From Antechinus flavipes (Eukaryota), in the NCBI RefSeq assembly GCF_016432865.1, contig NC_067401.1, positions 364,312,001 through 364,376,000 on the forward strand: a stretch of 64,000 nt of DNA. Direction: 5' to 3'. Positions 48,010 to 59,233 of the stretch are shown piece by piece; the first letter of the stretch is position 1; each line of letters starts with the position of its first letter. The notes under the pieces are model-generated. The model made no database searches and was not told the DNA's origin. It saw only the letters and a list, made by a program, of their open reading frames with translations. Both the position numbers and the translations under genes were made by a program.

Positions 48010-50102
48010 GAAGGGAGGTACTGAAGGAGACATTCAATAACATTTTTGTAATAACAGACAATGTAGCACAAAACAAAGTTATGTTCTTCCCAAAATCCAT
48101 TCTTCATATAGCATATCTGAGAAATGTACTATTCCATCCTCCTCGATTACTCTATTCATTGAGAGTTCCTGAGTTCAGAATTTGGGCTTTCAGAAATTAG
48201 AGGGAGAAGATTTTCATAAAAACATGCAGTTTTCTTTTGGAAAAGAGGACTGCCATGAGGAAGATTCTGCATCTGAAGGATCGAAGCCCTGCCCTTGGTT
48301 GGACCTTGCCACTCCTCTGGGGTCTTTTTTGTGAGTTGCTTGAACAATGGGGCTAAATTGGCTTCTGAAATAGCAGTTGCTAAATTTAATCTGTTTCACT
48401 TTTCACAGCTAGAGCATGCTTGTCACAAGGTTCTATGAGAAGCAATCTCTGAATTTTCTGCTTATAGTTCTGTTGCTCATTTGAATATGACAAGGTGAAA
48501 TCTATGGAGAACACAATCTGCTTTAGAGATTTTCATATGAAAAGTTAAAGTACTGGAAATTTTAATTAGGAAAATATGAACACCAGTTTTGTGATTCTGG
48601 AATAAAAATAATTTATCTGATTATAGACAAATGAGAATTTTCTTACAGCTAAAATACTAAGGTGGGGTAATTTGTAGAGAGGACCTAGCAGCTAAACAAA
48701 TAAAAGTTAGGGAAAATGAGAGAGAAAGAATAGATCTAACAACTGTGAAAGAGAGACGGTAATTGTGCACTCACTTGTTTAGCAGTTTGGGGTTTTTTTG
48801 GCTGTTGTTTTTTTTTTTTTTTTTTTTTTGTTTTGTTTTGTTTTTTGGCAATGAGCCTATATTACTCCTTACTGCCACCTATTGCTGAGAAGAAAAAAAG
48901 GTAAAAAGAATATATTCTGCTTTCTCAGATGGTTTGATGTCCAAGAGATGATATTTCTCTGCATTGCCCTCTGTTGTTGCTGAGAGGTGGAATCCCGCAA
49001 AGGGGCAGAGTTGAAGGGATTTTGCTAACTTTACAATAAACATCGTTGCTTTTTTCCCCCCAAAAAGCATAACATTAACTCAGCTGAAGTTATTAAGTAT
49101 AAAGCTGGAAGAGATAGATACTAGATACTAGATACTAGAGTTGCTGCAAAGAAATAGGTCCAGCTGAGCAGAGGTACAATTTGAAAGCAGAAAATCAAGG
49201 TAAATAGTATATTAAATATTATGGCTAGTTAAGCACATCATGGATCAACTCAGTTTAGCAGTAGAAGCAGTAGACACTATGCTCATCCAGGAATTTTTAT
49301 GAACTATTTCTGAGACAGAAAAAGATCACCAAAGTCTACATTTTCAAAGTTGTAAGTTATCCTGACCACATTACTACCCTGGGATATTAAGTGCTTACTT
49401 AATTTTCCCCAAAATACTGTCTGCATTAATGGAATCATGTAATTGATGTTTGTGAATAGAATGTTATATTAATACAATGTGTTTTAATAATTTGGTTAAT
49501 GTTAATGAGCAAGAGTGGGCTGATTTATTCATGGGAAATATACTAGTAAAGACTCACAAGCTGTAGTATTAATGGGAATAGTCACCTACGAGGACAGTAA
49601 GAATTAGAATAATAGACACATGGCTGTTCTTTTGGTGAACCACTTTAACCTGCTAAAATGAATGCAGGTGGGGCCAACAAGCCAGCCCTGGCCCCAGGGA
49701 TAGAGAAAGCCTAAAGACTAAACATTATCATGAAAGGTCTTTACTTTCCAGAGGGAATATAATGAATATAAAGGACTATTTGAATGTTTTATGCTTCCTA
49801 TATTTTGCCATGTCTTTTAAAATATGTTTTATATTTTCTCAAGTGAAGGAAATCTAAACAACATCTGTCCCACACATGATATTCATGTAAAACATCAAAT
49901 GCCTTTGCTACACTTTTGGGGAGACATTAGACATGATCCATCCCAAAGCTTGTTTTGGAGATTTTCTAGAGTTCTGGAGTCTTATCCAGGGTGGAGGCAG
50001 ACAGAGAGAGAGAGTCAGGCCCTCCAGGATGATTTAAGGTCTTCAGGAGACCAGGGTCAAATTTGGGGACTCCTAGACAATAAGGCACATTGGTGGTTTT
50101 AG
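48010..50102 (+). pseudogene. Candidate exon remnants in an AT-rich block
   Basis: 48010-48330 (strong acceptor, GTGAGT donor, one stop in 106 codons), 48409-48494, ~48929-48985 and 49844-50102. No homologue recognised. Confidence 0.25.
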
Positions 50103-51859
50103 TTTTTTAAACTTTATTATGAGTACTTCAATAGAAGATGGCAAAATATCTCTATTGAACCAATGTTTTTTGTTGCCTTTGTCTCCATGATTAAACTAGG
50201 ACTGTCAACAACTTTATTTGCCTCCCCAGGGAGAATTATGAACCATCCTTCCAGTTTACCTCCTTTTGTCTTGTTTTATTTTATTATAAAGTTGACCCTG
50301 AGGTTATTTCAGAATCAGAGCCTCTACATAATACCCCTAAAAGATTCTGACCTCTTTTCCCAGAATTAAATATCAGTTCTAAGTTAACATATACAACTCC
50401 ATTTTGAATTTGATATAACCACCAGTGAGAGTTTATTAACTGCAGCCAGATATGACTAACCACTAGCCTGCTACTTAGGATAGAACTAACATATAATCAG
50501 GAATATGCATTGAAGTCATGTAATTTTGTCAGGAATCATATCACTGTGTATTAATCTGGGTAGGTTTGCTAATTAATCCCAAATTGGACAACTCCCAAAA
50601 TCCTAACTATACCAAATAAACATAAAGCCAATGAACCAATGAATCTGTACTTCCTATCCTAGATTCAAGATGTTATATTGACAAATAAGGACATTGCCAA
50701 GTATGTATCCCTGACCTTCATGACCCCAAGACATGGCTAATTTTCCCAGAACTGAGAAAGGAGCCCCTTAGGTTCTTGCAATCATTTGCTATAAGAATAT
50801 GCTTCTGGTAATACTAACCTGTAAAAATAGAGGAATAAAATAACTGTCCAGTTCAGATATCTCTGGTTATAAAGTCATCTCATTAATCTTGAAAAAAAAA
50901 TTTGGTCTGAATACACTGTTATGATATACTTCAGTTCCACAAGTAGTATGTCTTAAGTTTTGATCATTAACCAAATCTAACACTTTTACGAGCTAAGTTT
51001 TCCAGGAACATAGCACTCTCCAGATTGCATCTCCAGAAATGAAAAGTCCAATGGCTGTGACTCTGATAGATGAACATTAAATTTATCTTACCTTGTTTAG
51101 TTTCAAGACCATAGTCCCACTTCCTGGCCATCTCCAATTCTACCTCTGAGAATAGTAATCAATTTAACACAACCATCCTTGGTAAGTATATATTACCTAA
51201 TTGACTGATGTGCTTTATAAATATAAACTAATTTATGGGAGATAGATACTGATATTATACCCATTTTACTGAGGAAATTTAGGCAGATAAAGATTAAATG
51301 ACTTATCCAAGATTACTCAGCTAGTAAGTATCAGACTCTGGATTTGTACTACAATCTTCCAGGTCCAGTGCTCTAGTCACTTCTCCACCAAGCTGCCTGT
51401 AGGACTTCAAAGAACATTTATTCTGATTTTTCTAACGACAACACTCCTAATTTGTCACTGTTTCCCTACATGTGTGATCTTTCCTTATTAGAATGTAAGC
51501 TTTTTGATTACAAAGATTTTCTTCCTTCTATAGAAGCACTTAAGAAAGTAATCTCTCTACTTAGGTCCTTATGCCCTTACATGTCCTACGTTCTTGGAGG
51601 TATCTACCAAAAAAGCCCAGGGAAAGTAAAGCTTATGACAGGCACCAAGTATTGACCAAATTAAAAGACTATTAGGTTTCTGGGACCAATAACTCCTCAT
51701 TTATTTCTGATTCCTGGGCAGTGACTATGGCTTTAGCCAACTAGTATTGGACCTAAAGAAACCAAGACTGGACAGTTAAAGATTCTCATTTAAATCAGAA
51801 GCAGTGCAGAAATCTTATTTATGCCATCTTCTTTTGATATATTTTATTCCCTCCCATTT

Positions 51860-53180
51860 AAATGTTAAAATTATTTTTTAAATATTTGGATTATTTTTTA
51901 AGTTTTGAATTCCAAATTCTATTCCTTCCTCCCTCACTCTCTGACCACCCCATTTCCTGAGATAGCAATCCAATATAGATTATACATGTACAATCAAGTA
52001 AAATATTTCCATACTAATCATTTTGTACAGGAAGACAGAACAAGAGAAATAGAATGAAAGTGAAAAAACAAAACAAAACAGTGTATTTCAGTCTATTTCA
52101 GTTTTTTTCCTCTGGAAGCACATAGTACGCTTCATTATCGGTCCTTTAGGTTTGTCTTGGATCATTATATGGCTGAGAATAACTAAGTCATTCACAGTTT
52201 TTCATTGAACAATATTGCTGTTATTGTGTATAACATCCCCGTTTCTATTCACTTTATTTTGCCTCAGTTCATGTTTGTTAATGCCTTTTATTTTATACCG
52301 TTCTTTGCATTCCATGTTAGTGCATATCAAACACATCATATGCCATTTGCTAAACTGAACAATCAGGTTAATTTTTTTTTTTTTTTTTTGGCTGAGGCAA
52401 TTGGGGTTATGTGACTTGCCCAGGGTCACACAGCTAGGAAGTGTTAAGTGTCTGAGGCCACATTTGAATTCAGGTCCTCTTGACTTGGGGAGTGGTGCTC
52501 TATCCACTGTGCCACCTAGCTGCCCCAGGTTAATCTTTTTATGAGAACAACAGAGATTGGGGACAGAGTCAATCATTAATCTGGACATGGGGATTATGAT
52601 GCTATGTTTTAGTAGGTTTGGGACCATCTGATCCCTATAACTAAGGAAGATGCAACTATTTCTGCTTAATAATATTCTCGGTGCCAATCCAAAGCATCTA
52701 CTTTCAAAAGGTCATCATGTGATCAACTATGATGGACTTGACTCTTCTCAACTCTGTGATGATTTAAGGGAATTCCAATAGACTTAAGATGGAAAATGCC
52801 AATTGCATCCAGAGAGAGAACTATGAGGACGGAATGATGGATTAAAGATTAGTATTTCCACCTTTTTTGGTTTGTTTTTTCTTTCTTTTGTTTCTTTCCC
52901 TCTTTTGGTCTGATTTTTCTTTCAAAATATGACAAATATAGAAATGTTTAAAAGGATGGAAATATTTAACCTATATCACATTGCTTTCTGTCTTGGGGTG
53001 GGGGAAGCATACAAAAATGAATGCTGAGAACCAAGTTTACATGTATTCAGAAAAATTTTCCCCTTCTTGTCTAGGGGGAGGGAGAAAAATTTGGAAAACG
53101 AAGTTTTGCAAGGATGAGTGTTGAAAACTCTTGGCATGTATTTTGAAAAAAAAAATTAGAAAATATTTTTTTAAAAAAAA
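51860..53180. mobile_element. Old L1 3'UTR fragments (- at ~51860-52340, + at ~52690-53180) flanking the SINE
   Basis: Marsupial L1 3'UTR text (gatcattatatggctgagaataactaagtc; gtgatcaactatgatggacttgactcttctc). Confidence 0.6.
52373..52525 (-). mobile_element. Full-length WSINE1-like SINE with TSD caggttaat
   Basis: TSD 52364-52372 and 52526-52534; A/B-box head ggggcagctaggtggcacagtggatagagc on - strand. Confidence 0.85.
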
Positions 53181-53858
53181 AAGTGTTACTATATATACAA
53201 AGTACTGTGCCAATCTGGAGGTACAATCAGAATTAGAGAAAACTGATGTCTGAGGGATAAAATGATTTACTAGAAGGCTATGGCTGAGCTAGGATTTGAA
53301 ACCAAGTTTCCAAATCTCCAGTCCATAGAACTGCCCTAAAGAGTGGACCAGATTAGGAATTTAGGAGTCACAGAGAAAGAACACCAGTCCGCAGCCTGTC
53401 CACTTCGACCTGACTCAGCACCAGAACCGCACAGGATTTCTTGCCCTTTCTCTTCACGGTATTCGAGTTTACCCAAAGTGGAGCGGGGAGAAGAGATGGA
53501 AGCCTGGAATTCCCAATTCGTCCTGTAAGGGTCGCTCTCAACCGCCCCTCCTCTGGGTTGCCACAGTTACCAATACTTTCCTAGACACCGAGTCGGTACC
53601 CCGGTAACAAAGGTTTGTGGTTGCGTCCACGTCGCTATAGTAACCAAGCCTTTCCAGCTCCGCAGTTGCTAACAGCCGTCGTTACCAAGGCAATTCTGGG
53701 GAAGGCGGGGCTTCGAGGTGGGGGAGAGCTCTCCCTAGAGTTGCGGGGAGGGGTTGGGTGAGGCTGAGGGCGAGATTCCCGCGAGCCTGGGGGCGTGGCG
53801 GAGAACGGGCCGGACGGGTGGAGGCGGAGTAGGGGCACCTCCGGGCCCTCCACCTCTC

Positions 53859-54367
53859 ATGGCCGCGGCCGGGCCTCCCGGGTGGGTCTGGAGGCCGGTG
53901 GCGCATGATCGGCTTCTGGCGCGGGCGTTTCACTCTTGCACTGTGCTGCGGGGCCGGCTCTATGTGGTCGGGGGCCTGACATCCGGGGGTGCGCGCGAGC
54001 CCCTTGGAGACGCGGTAATGTTTGACCCGGCGACAGGCCGGACGACGAGGACGGGCGGCCCCGGGGGGCCCAGGCGCAGCCACCATGACGCGGTGTCCGT
54101 GGGCAACCGCTGGCTCTGCGTGGTGGGCGGCTGGGACGGGTCCCGGCGCGTGGCGGCTGTAGCCGCCCTCGATGCGGAGCGCGGGGCCTGGGAGGCGTGG
54201 TCCGCGGCTCCAGACAGCTGCGCCCCGGCGGGGCTCAGCAGCCACACCTGCACCCGCCTGTCGGACCATGAGCTGCGCGTGGCCGGCCGCGAGGGTGGCA
54301 CTCGCACCCAGCGCCGCTACGGTAGCGTCTACACTCTGCGCGTGGACCCCCCTGCGCGCACCTACAG
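53859..54367 (+). CDS. KLHDC9: KLHDC9 exon 1
   Basis: MAAAGPPGWVWRPVAHDRLLARAFHSC...DPPARTY; donor ACAG|GTAGG. Confidence 0.93.
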
Positions 54368-55569
54368 GTAGGAGGCCCTGCGGGAAGCTGCCCACGGCCT
54401 CGCGCGGGCCAGGCCTCGCCCCTCAACTTCCCTCCCCAGCCCAGGCTAGGTCCTGAGCTGTACGTCTCCGCAGCTACCGCGAAGAGGGCTGCCACACGGC
54501 CTCGCGCTCCGGCCACAGCGCCGCTCTGTTCCGCACCGGTGGCCCGCGGCCCGGCTACCAGCTCTTGCTCTTCGGGGGCAGCAATTCCTCGGAGCCCGAA
54601 TTGGCCGGGAACTGGGGCCCAGGGCACATCCAGGTGAGCTGTTCTACACCGCGGGGTGCCCTAACCCAGTGGGGGTGGGGATAGGGGTGGTCAGAGCCCG
54701 CGGGCAGTGCCACTGCGGCTGGGAAGCCTTCCCCAGACTACTGGTTCTAATGGCATGAAATAACGTGCCATTACAGAAAAGTTTTGTTGAAAGGAAGAGG
54801 TCGTTTCCCCATTCTGTGAGATTCTTCAGGGACCCCGAGGGGGGTCTGCAAACCCCAGGTTAAGAACCCTAAGAGTTAAGTGGCTTGTCCGGGGCCCCAC
54901 CGCCCGATACATCAGGGGAGCTCTGGGCCAGCTTTTCCTTCAGATAGGGACTTCCAATTTCTCCCCTTCCACCCCTCCTGCCAGGAGGAGCCGGTTGTAG
55001 CCTCTCAGCTAACAGAACAGCTATCCCGGCTCGTGAGAAGAGAGAGGGGGTCCGCGGAGGGGCCCCGGGGGCTTCGGCACCATTCCTGCTCCGTGGTGGG
55101 GCCTTTTGCTGTGCTGTTTGGTGGAGAAACTCTGACCAGAGCTCGGGACACCGTCTGCAATGACCTCTACATCTATGATAGTCGTGAGAGCTGTCCTAGT
55201 AGTTGGGAGAAACTGGGAGAGGGAGGAACTACAAAGAGGATGCTAAGCAGAATGCAGCTGGGGAAAGAGGGCAAGGGGGAGGGATAAAGTAGCATGTGCC
55301 TGGCAAGCCGCTGGATTACTAAGTATTGGAAAAGGTCAGCGGGCAGGGGATGGACTAGTCTAAAGAAGGTAACTTTATCTTAAAGTGCTTTCCTCCCCAC
55401 AGGCAAATCCACCCGGCCATGGCTCCACTTGCCCTGTGAAGATCGAAACATGAAGCGGGTAGGCCATCGAACCTGCCTCTGGAATAACCAGCTTTATCTA
55501 GTAGGGGGTTTTGGTGAGGATAATAGGACACCTTGTCCAAATGTTTATACACTAGAACTGTCTTTCTAA
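53859..55569 (+). CDS. KLHDC9: Kelch domain-containing protein 9, complete CDS join(53859..54367,54474..54633,54985..55183,55403..55569), 344 aa
   Basis: Kelch motifs (RAFHSCT..LYVVGG, RSHHDA..VVGGWDG, LRHHSCSVVG..LFGGE, RVGHRTCLW..LYLVGGFG). Internal exon lengths 160/199 match human; synteny. Confidence 0.95.
54474..54633 (+). CDS. KLHDC9: KLHDC9 exon 2
   Basis: ccgcag|CTACCGC ... CCAG|GTGAG; YREEGCHTASRSGHSAAL...LLLFGG. Confidence 0.95.
54985..55183 (+). CDS. KLHDC9: KLHDC9 exon 3
   Basis: gccag|GAGGAG ... AGTC|GTGAG; EEPVVASQLTEQLSRL...TVCNDLYIYDS. Confidence 0.95.
55403..55569 (+). CDS. KLHDC9: KLHDC9 exon 4 coding part
   Basis: ccacag|GCAAA; KSTRPWLHLPCEDRNMKRVGHRTCLWNNQLYLVGGFGEDNRTPCPNVYTLELSF*. 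Confidence 0.93.
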
Positions 55570-55874
55570 GCTAGGGAAATCTGCTTCCTCACTTCATCCA
55601 ATCCCAGAAAGCACAAACCTACCACACCCTAAACAGTTCATTAAATGCTAATCTGTAAGTCAGACAATGACACTCTCCATTTGTTGGGAGGTGGGGTACA
55701 GTCGGGTGGGGAAGGGATGTAGAAAGTCTTATTGGTGACATTCTGAGTTTAAAGCCCAATGTTAAGAACCACTGGGTATCTGTATAATTCATTTGAGTGG
55801 AGCCTGTCCCTATTCTCAAATTTTATCAATAGTACAGGAGAAAGCCCACACAACTGGGCATTGAGACCAAACCA

Positions 55875-55880
55875 TTTATT
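55875..55880 (-). terminator. Probable PFDN2 polyadenylation signal
   Basis: TTTATT on + about 95 nt past the PFDN2 stop codon. Confidence 0.7.
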
Positions 55881-55975
55881 TAACAAAAATATTACAAGAG
55901 CAGCAACAAAGAAAAATAATAATAAAGGGTATATGTAAGAGGCATGGGAGAAAAACGTGACAAAGGTTTTGATTC

Positions 55976-56152
55976 TTAGGAGACCAGTACACCAGCTGAG
56001 CTGGCTTTGGCCCCAGACCCCTCCCCATTGTCCTTGGCTGCTGGCTTCTCATCCTCGCCCATTAGTCGAATATTATGTTTCTCCCTGAAGTCATTCAACT
56101 CCCTTCCCTTTGCTTGAAGCTGTTGGGTCAGTGTCTCAATGATCTTCTGAAT
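55976..56152 (-). CDS. PFDN2: PFDN2 exon 4 coding part
   Basis: ctccag|ATTCAG; IQKIIETLTQQLQAKGRELNDFREKHNIRLMGEDEK...GVLVS*. Confidence 0.96.
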   Translation of the reverse strand: MQKIIETLTQQLQAKGRELNDFREKHNIRLMGEDEKPAAKDNGEGSGAKASSAGVLVS

Positions 56153-59100
56153 CTGGAGGTGAGAATTCGGGTTAAATGAGAATACTGACAGTCTCTATTT
56201 GGTAATAAACTGTTTATAAGGGAAGTCAAGGAGAAATGTCACCTCAGGGGCTGCTTCTAGCTAAGACTGAGCAGTCCAAATGGTGAGATGAGAAAAAGAA
56301 ATAAGATCACTGTTGCCCTACTTCCTCCCAGAGCCCAGCTTGGTTTCAAAGCCCATAAAAAGAATGGACCTAACTCAAGAGATACTTTGATGCTGGCATT
56401 TGACCAAATGCACTCACATTAAGTTTTAACCTCTTCCCATCTCTCCCCCACCCCTTACCTGCTCCTTGTTACCCTCCAAAGCAGGAAGCACCTCTTTGAC
56501 AGTTCGCTCCACCAGAACCCCCCCAACCATTCGATAGCACTTCCGGGTTGGATCCACTTCTCTCAGTGTATCTATCACTAGGCTAGGGTAGGAAGGAGAA
56601 AGGTCTGAGATAGAGCCCCAACACAGCATAGACTTCCCCTTTACCCCCCCACCCCAACTCTTCCTTAATTCTTCCCCCAGACCTCTCACCTGTGTTCATT
56701 CAACTCCATTTCCAGCTCAGCTGCTTTGGATGCCAGGCCCCTCTGCTCCTGTCGAAGGCGGTTGAAGCCAGCAACCACCTAGGGAAGAGGAGAGATAAGG
56801 TGAGGGAAAGAACCTTATGGAGATGGTTCCTTAGGTGGCAATATACATGTGGAGAAAAGAAGTACAACTCAAGGGTCCTAACTTGGCCTCATTTATCCTT
56901 GTCTGAAATAATCTTCCCTTTGGGGGATGATTCCTACATGCACAGAAAATACAGAGATGGCCAGGACAAGTACTAACATTGGCACATGTACGCACAACAA
57001 GTATGGCTGATCTCCCCACATAATGCTGTTCCCTGGGCTTGTACTCTCTATACTTACTATCTAGGACTGAGACTATAAACTAGAAAAAGAGTAGTCCAAA
57101 CTCTGACTTGATCATATTAATTTAGTGTCCAATCTAATACCCTTCCCTATAATCTTTCCTAGCAAGACCCACTTTCTTCTCTAATTTCACAACTAGAGAA
57201 AAGAACATAGCAACTAATTTAGCCTTACGGAATTCCCTACCTTTGGTGCCTCACTCACTGTGCAATATATCAGAATCTCCTTGGTTGCTTCTTAAAATAC
57301 TCTGGTGGCCTCTGCTGCCCCAGAAAATGACCTTCTAACTGGTCACTATACCTCAGTGTCTCAATATGCCAATTCATCCTTCAAACAGCTGCCAACAAAA
57401 TTTCTAAGCTCAAATGTGACAATGTGGCATAATCCCATCCTCATTCAATAAATCCAATGCTATATAAATATACCTCCTTTTGGCATTTAAAGCCCTTCAT
57501 AATTTGGCCCCATTTTACCCTTCCAGCCTTACTATACATTACTTCCTTTCATATGATCCAACCAAAATGGCCTTCGTGATGGTTGTCACCCCTAACAGTC
57601 TCCTGTCTCCATGCCCCTTTGCACTATTTCCTCTGCTTGGAATGAATTCTCTACTAACACGCCCACTCCCCCCTTGGAATCTTTTAGCACTGACATTTGC
57701 ATAAGGCCTTTCCTGATGCCCCGATTCCTAGTGCCTTCTCTCTCCCAGGTTTCATGTCTACATACAGGTGTATGCTGTCAACTTTGTTAGAAAATAAGGC
57801 AGGTATTGCTTGAATTTTGAATCTCTAGCACAGTATCAGATATAGTAGGTACTTAATAAATATTGATTGACCAACTTGGACTCCAACAAAATCTAAATGA
57901 CTGTCTTCCTGTGTGAATACAAATGATGGAATCTACTCACCTGAAAAGATAACATTTTCTTAGTATACACTCAAAAAGTATTATTTTGTGAAATAAAATC
58001 AATTCCTGAACCCTTGAAGTTAAAGCAACTAAGGGAAGTTTGATATTTTAAAAAACAAAATTATTCTTGTTAACTAGTGAGGATCAAAGATGCTTCTAAG
58101 TTACAGGTGAATTTTGAATCAGATGCCACTCCAAATCAGTTTAGGTTTTTTAAGAGTGGAGAATTTTAGCCATTCATAGACAGGCATAAATAGACAACTA
58201 CTCAAAGCTGAAAATGGTTTTAAGCCAACAGATAATTCAACACTAACTCTCAAGGGAATATTAAACTCTGCTCCCAGAATTTCCAAATGATCTTTACTAC
58301 TGTGGTCTTCCTTTCCCTATTCCAATGCTTATATATAACTCTCATTTCCCTTTCCCTGACACCATACTGTTCTCATATTTTCTAGCATGGACTACATCCA
58401 AATGAGTATATACCTAAAACAAATATACATATCAATCAATCTCAGAAGGAAGGGGGGAGGGAAGATAGGGAAAAGCTAGCAGAAGGTGGGATTTGAGCTG
58501 AGTAGGAAGCCAGGAATGTTAGGAATGTTGGAAAATAGAGGTAATGAGGGAGGAACATTTCAAGTGAGGGGCAGGAAACAGAATGACATGTGTAAAGAGC
58601 CAGCAAGAAGGCCCACGTCCCTGAATCATAGGTTATTTGGAATAAAGTATAAGAACAGAGAAACAGGAGGCCAGTTTTCAAAGTTTTATAAGCTAAAGTT
58701 AGCTGGTAAGCTTTTTTAAGAAAGAAAAAAAAAGATTCTCTTAAAAGAGCAAATCTAACTTCATTACTCTCCTACCCAAGATTCCAGTGACATCATGTTG
58801 CCTCTAGGAACAAATACAAAGTCCTCTGGCATTCAAAGCCCTTAGTCCCCTCTGACTTTTCCAATTTTCTTACACCATATTCTGCTACCACCTATTCTTC
58901 ATTCCAGTAATACTGGTCTCTTGGCTATTTCTTAAACAAGATGTCATCTTGGTTCAAGGCATTTTCTCTGGCTGTCCCCTATTCCTGGAATGCTCTTCTT
59001 TGTCATTTGTGCCTTCTGACTTCTCTGGCCCCCTTTAGGTACCTAAACTAAAATCAAACCACCTATGGGAAGGCTATTATTTCCGGTGCCATCTCTCCTA

Positions 59101-59202
59101 TTTATCTTCTATTTAGCTTTTTTGTGTACATTCATTTGCTCTTTGTTTTTCCTCACAAGGCTGTAAGCTCATTGAGGGCAAGGGCTAGATTTTTATGTTT
59201 TT

Positions 59203-59233
<31 letters not shown>

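Larger units (their letters stand above)
53550..54720 (+). promoter_or_regulatory. KLHDC9 CpG island and promoter with clustered RFX X-box-like motifs
   Basis: CpG-dense; GTCGCTATAGTAAC (53631-53644), GTTACCAAGGCAAT (53681-53694), GTTGCCACAGTTAC (53557-53570). Confidence 0.7.

Noticed and set aside
48801-48846. Poly-T tract as the tail of a processed pseudogene
   Set aside because: No adjacent polyadenylation signal, TSD or recognisable mRNA sequence found.
52373-52525. tRNA-like A/B boxes as tRNA genes (also at 1-103, 13790, 26199, 43700, 60140)
   Set aside because: They are heads of tRNA-derived SINEs with CORE body and A tail.
53754-53858. 35-codon N-terminal extension of KLHDC9 from TTG
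   Set aside because: Non-ATG start in GC-rich sequence; homology begins at ATG 53859.
53682-54627. Antisense ORFs (237, 115, 130 aa) over KLHDC9
   Set aside because: Shadow frames of a GC-rich coding exon.
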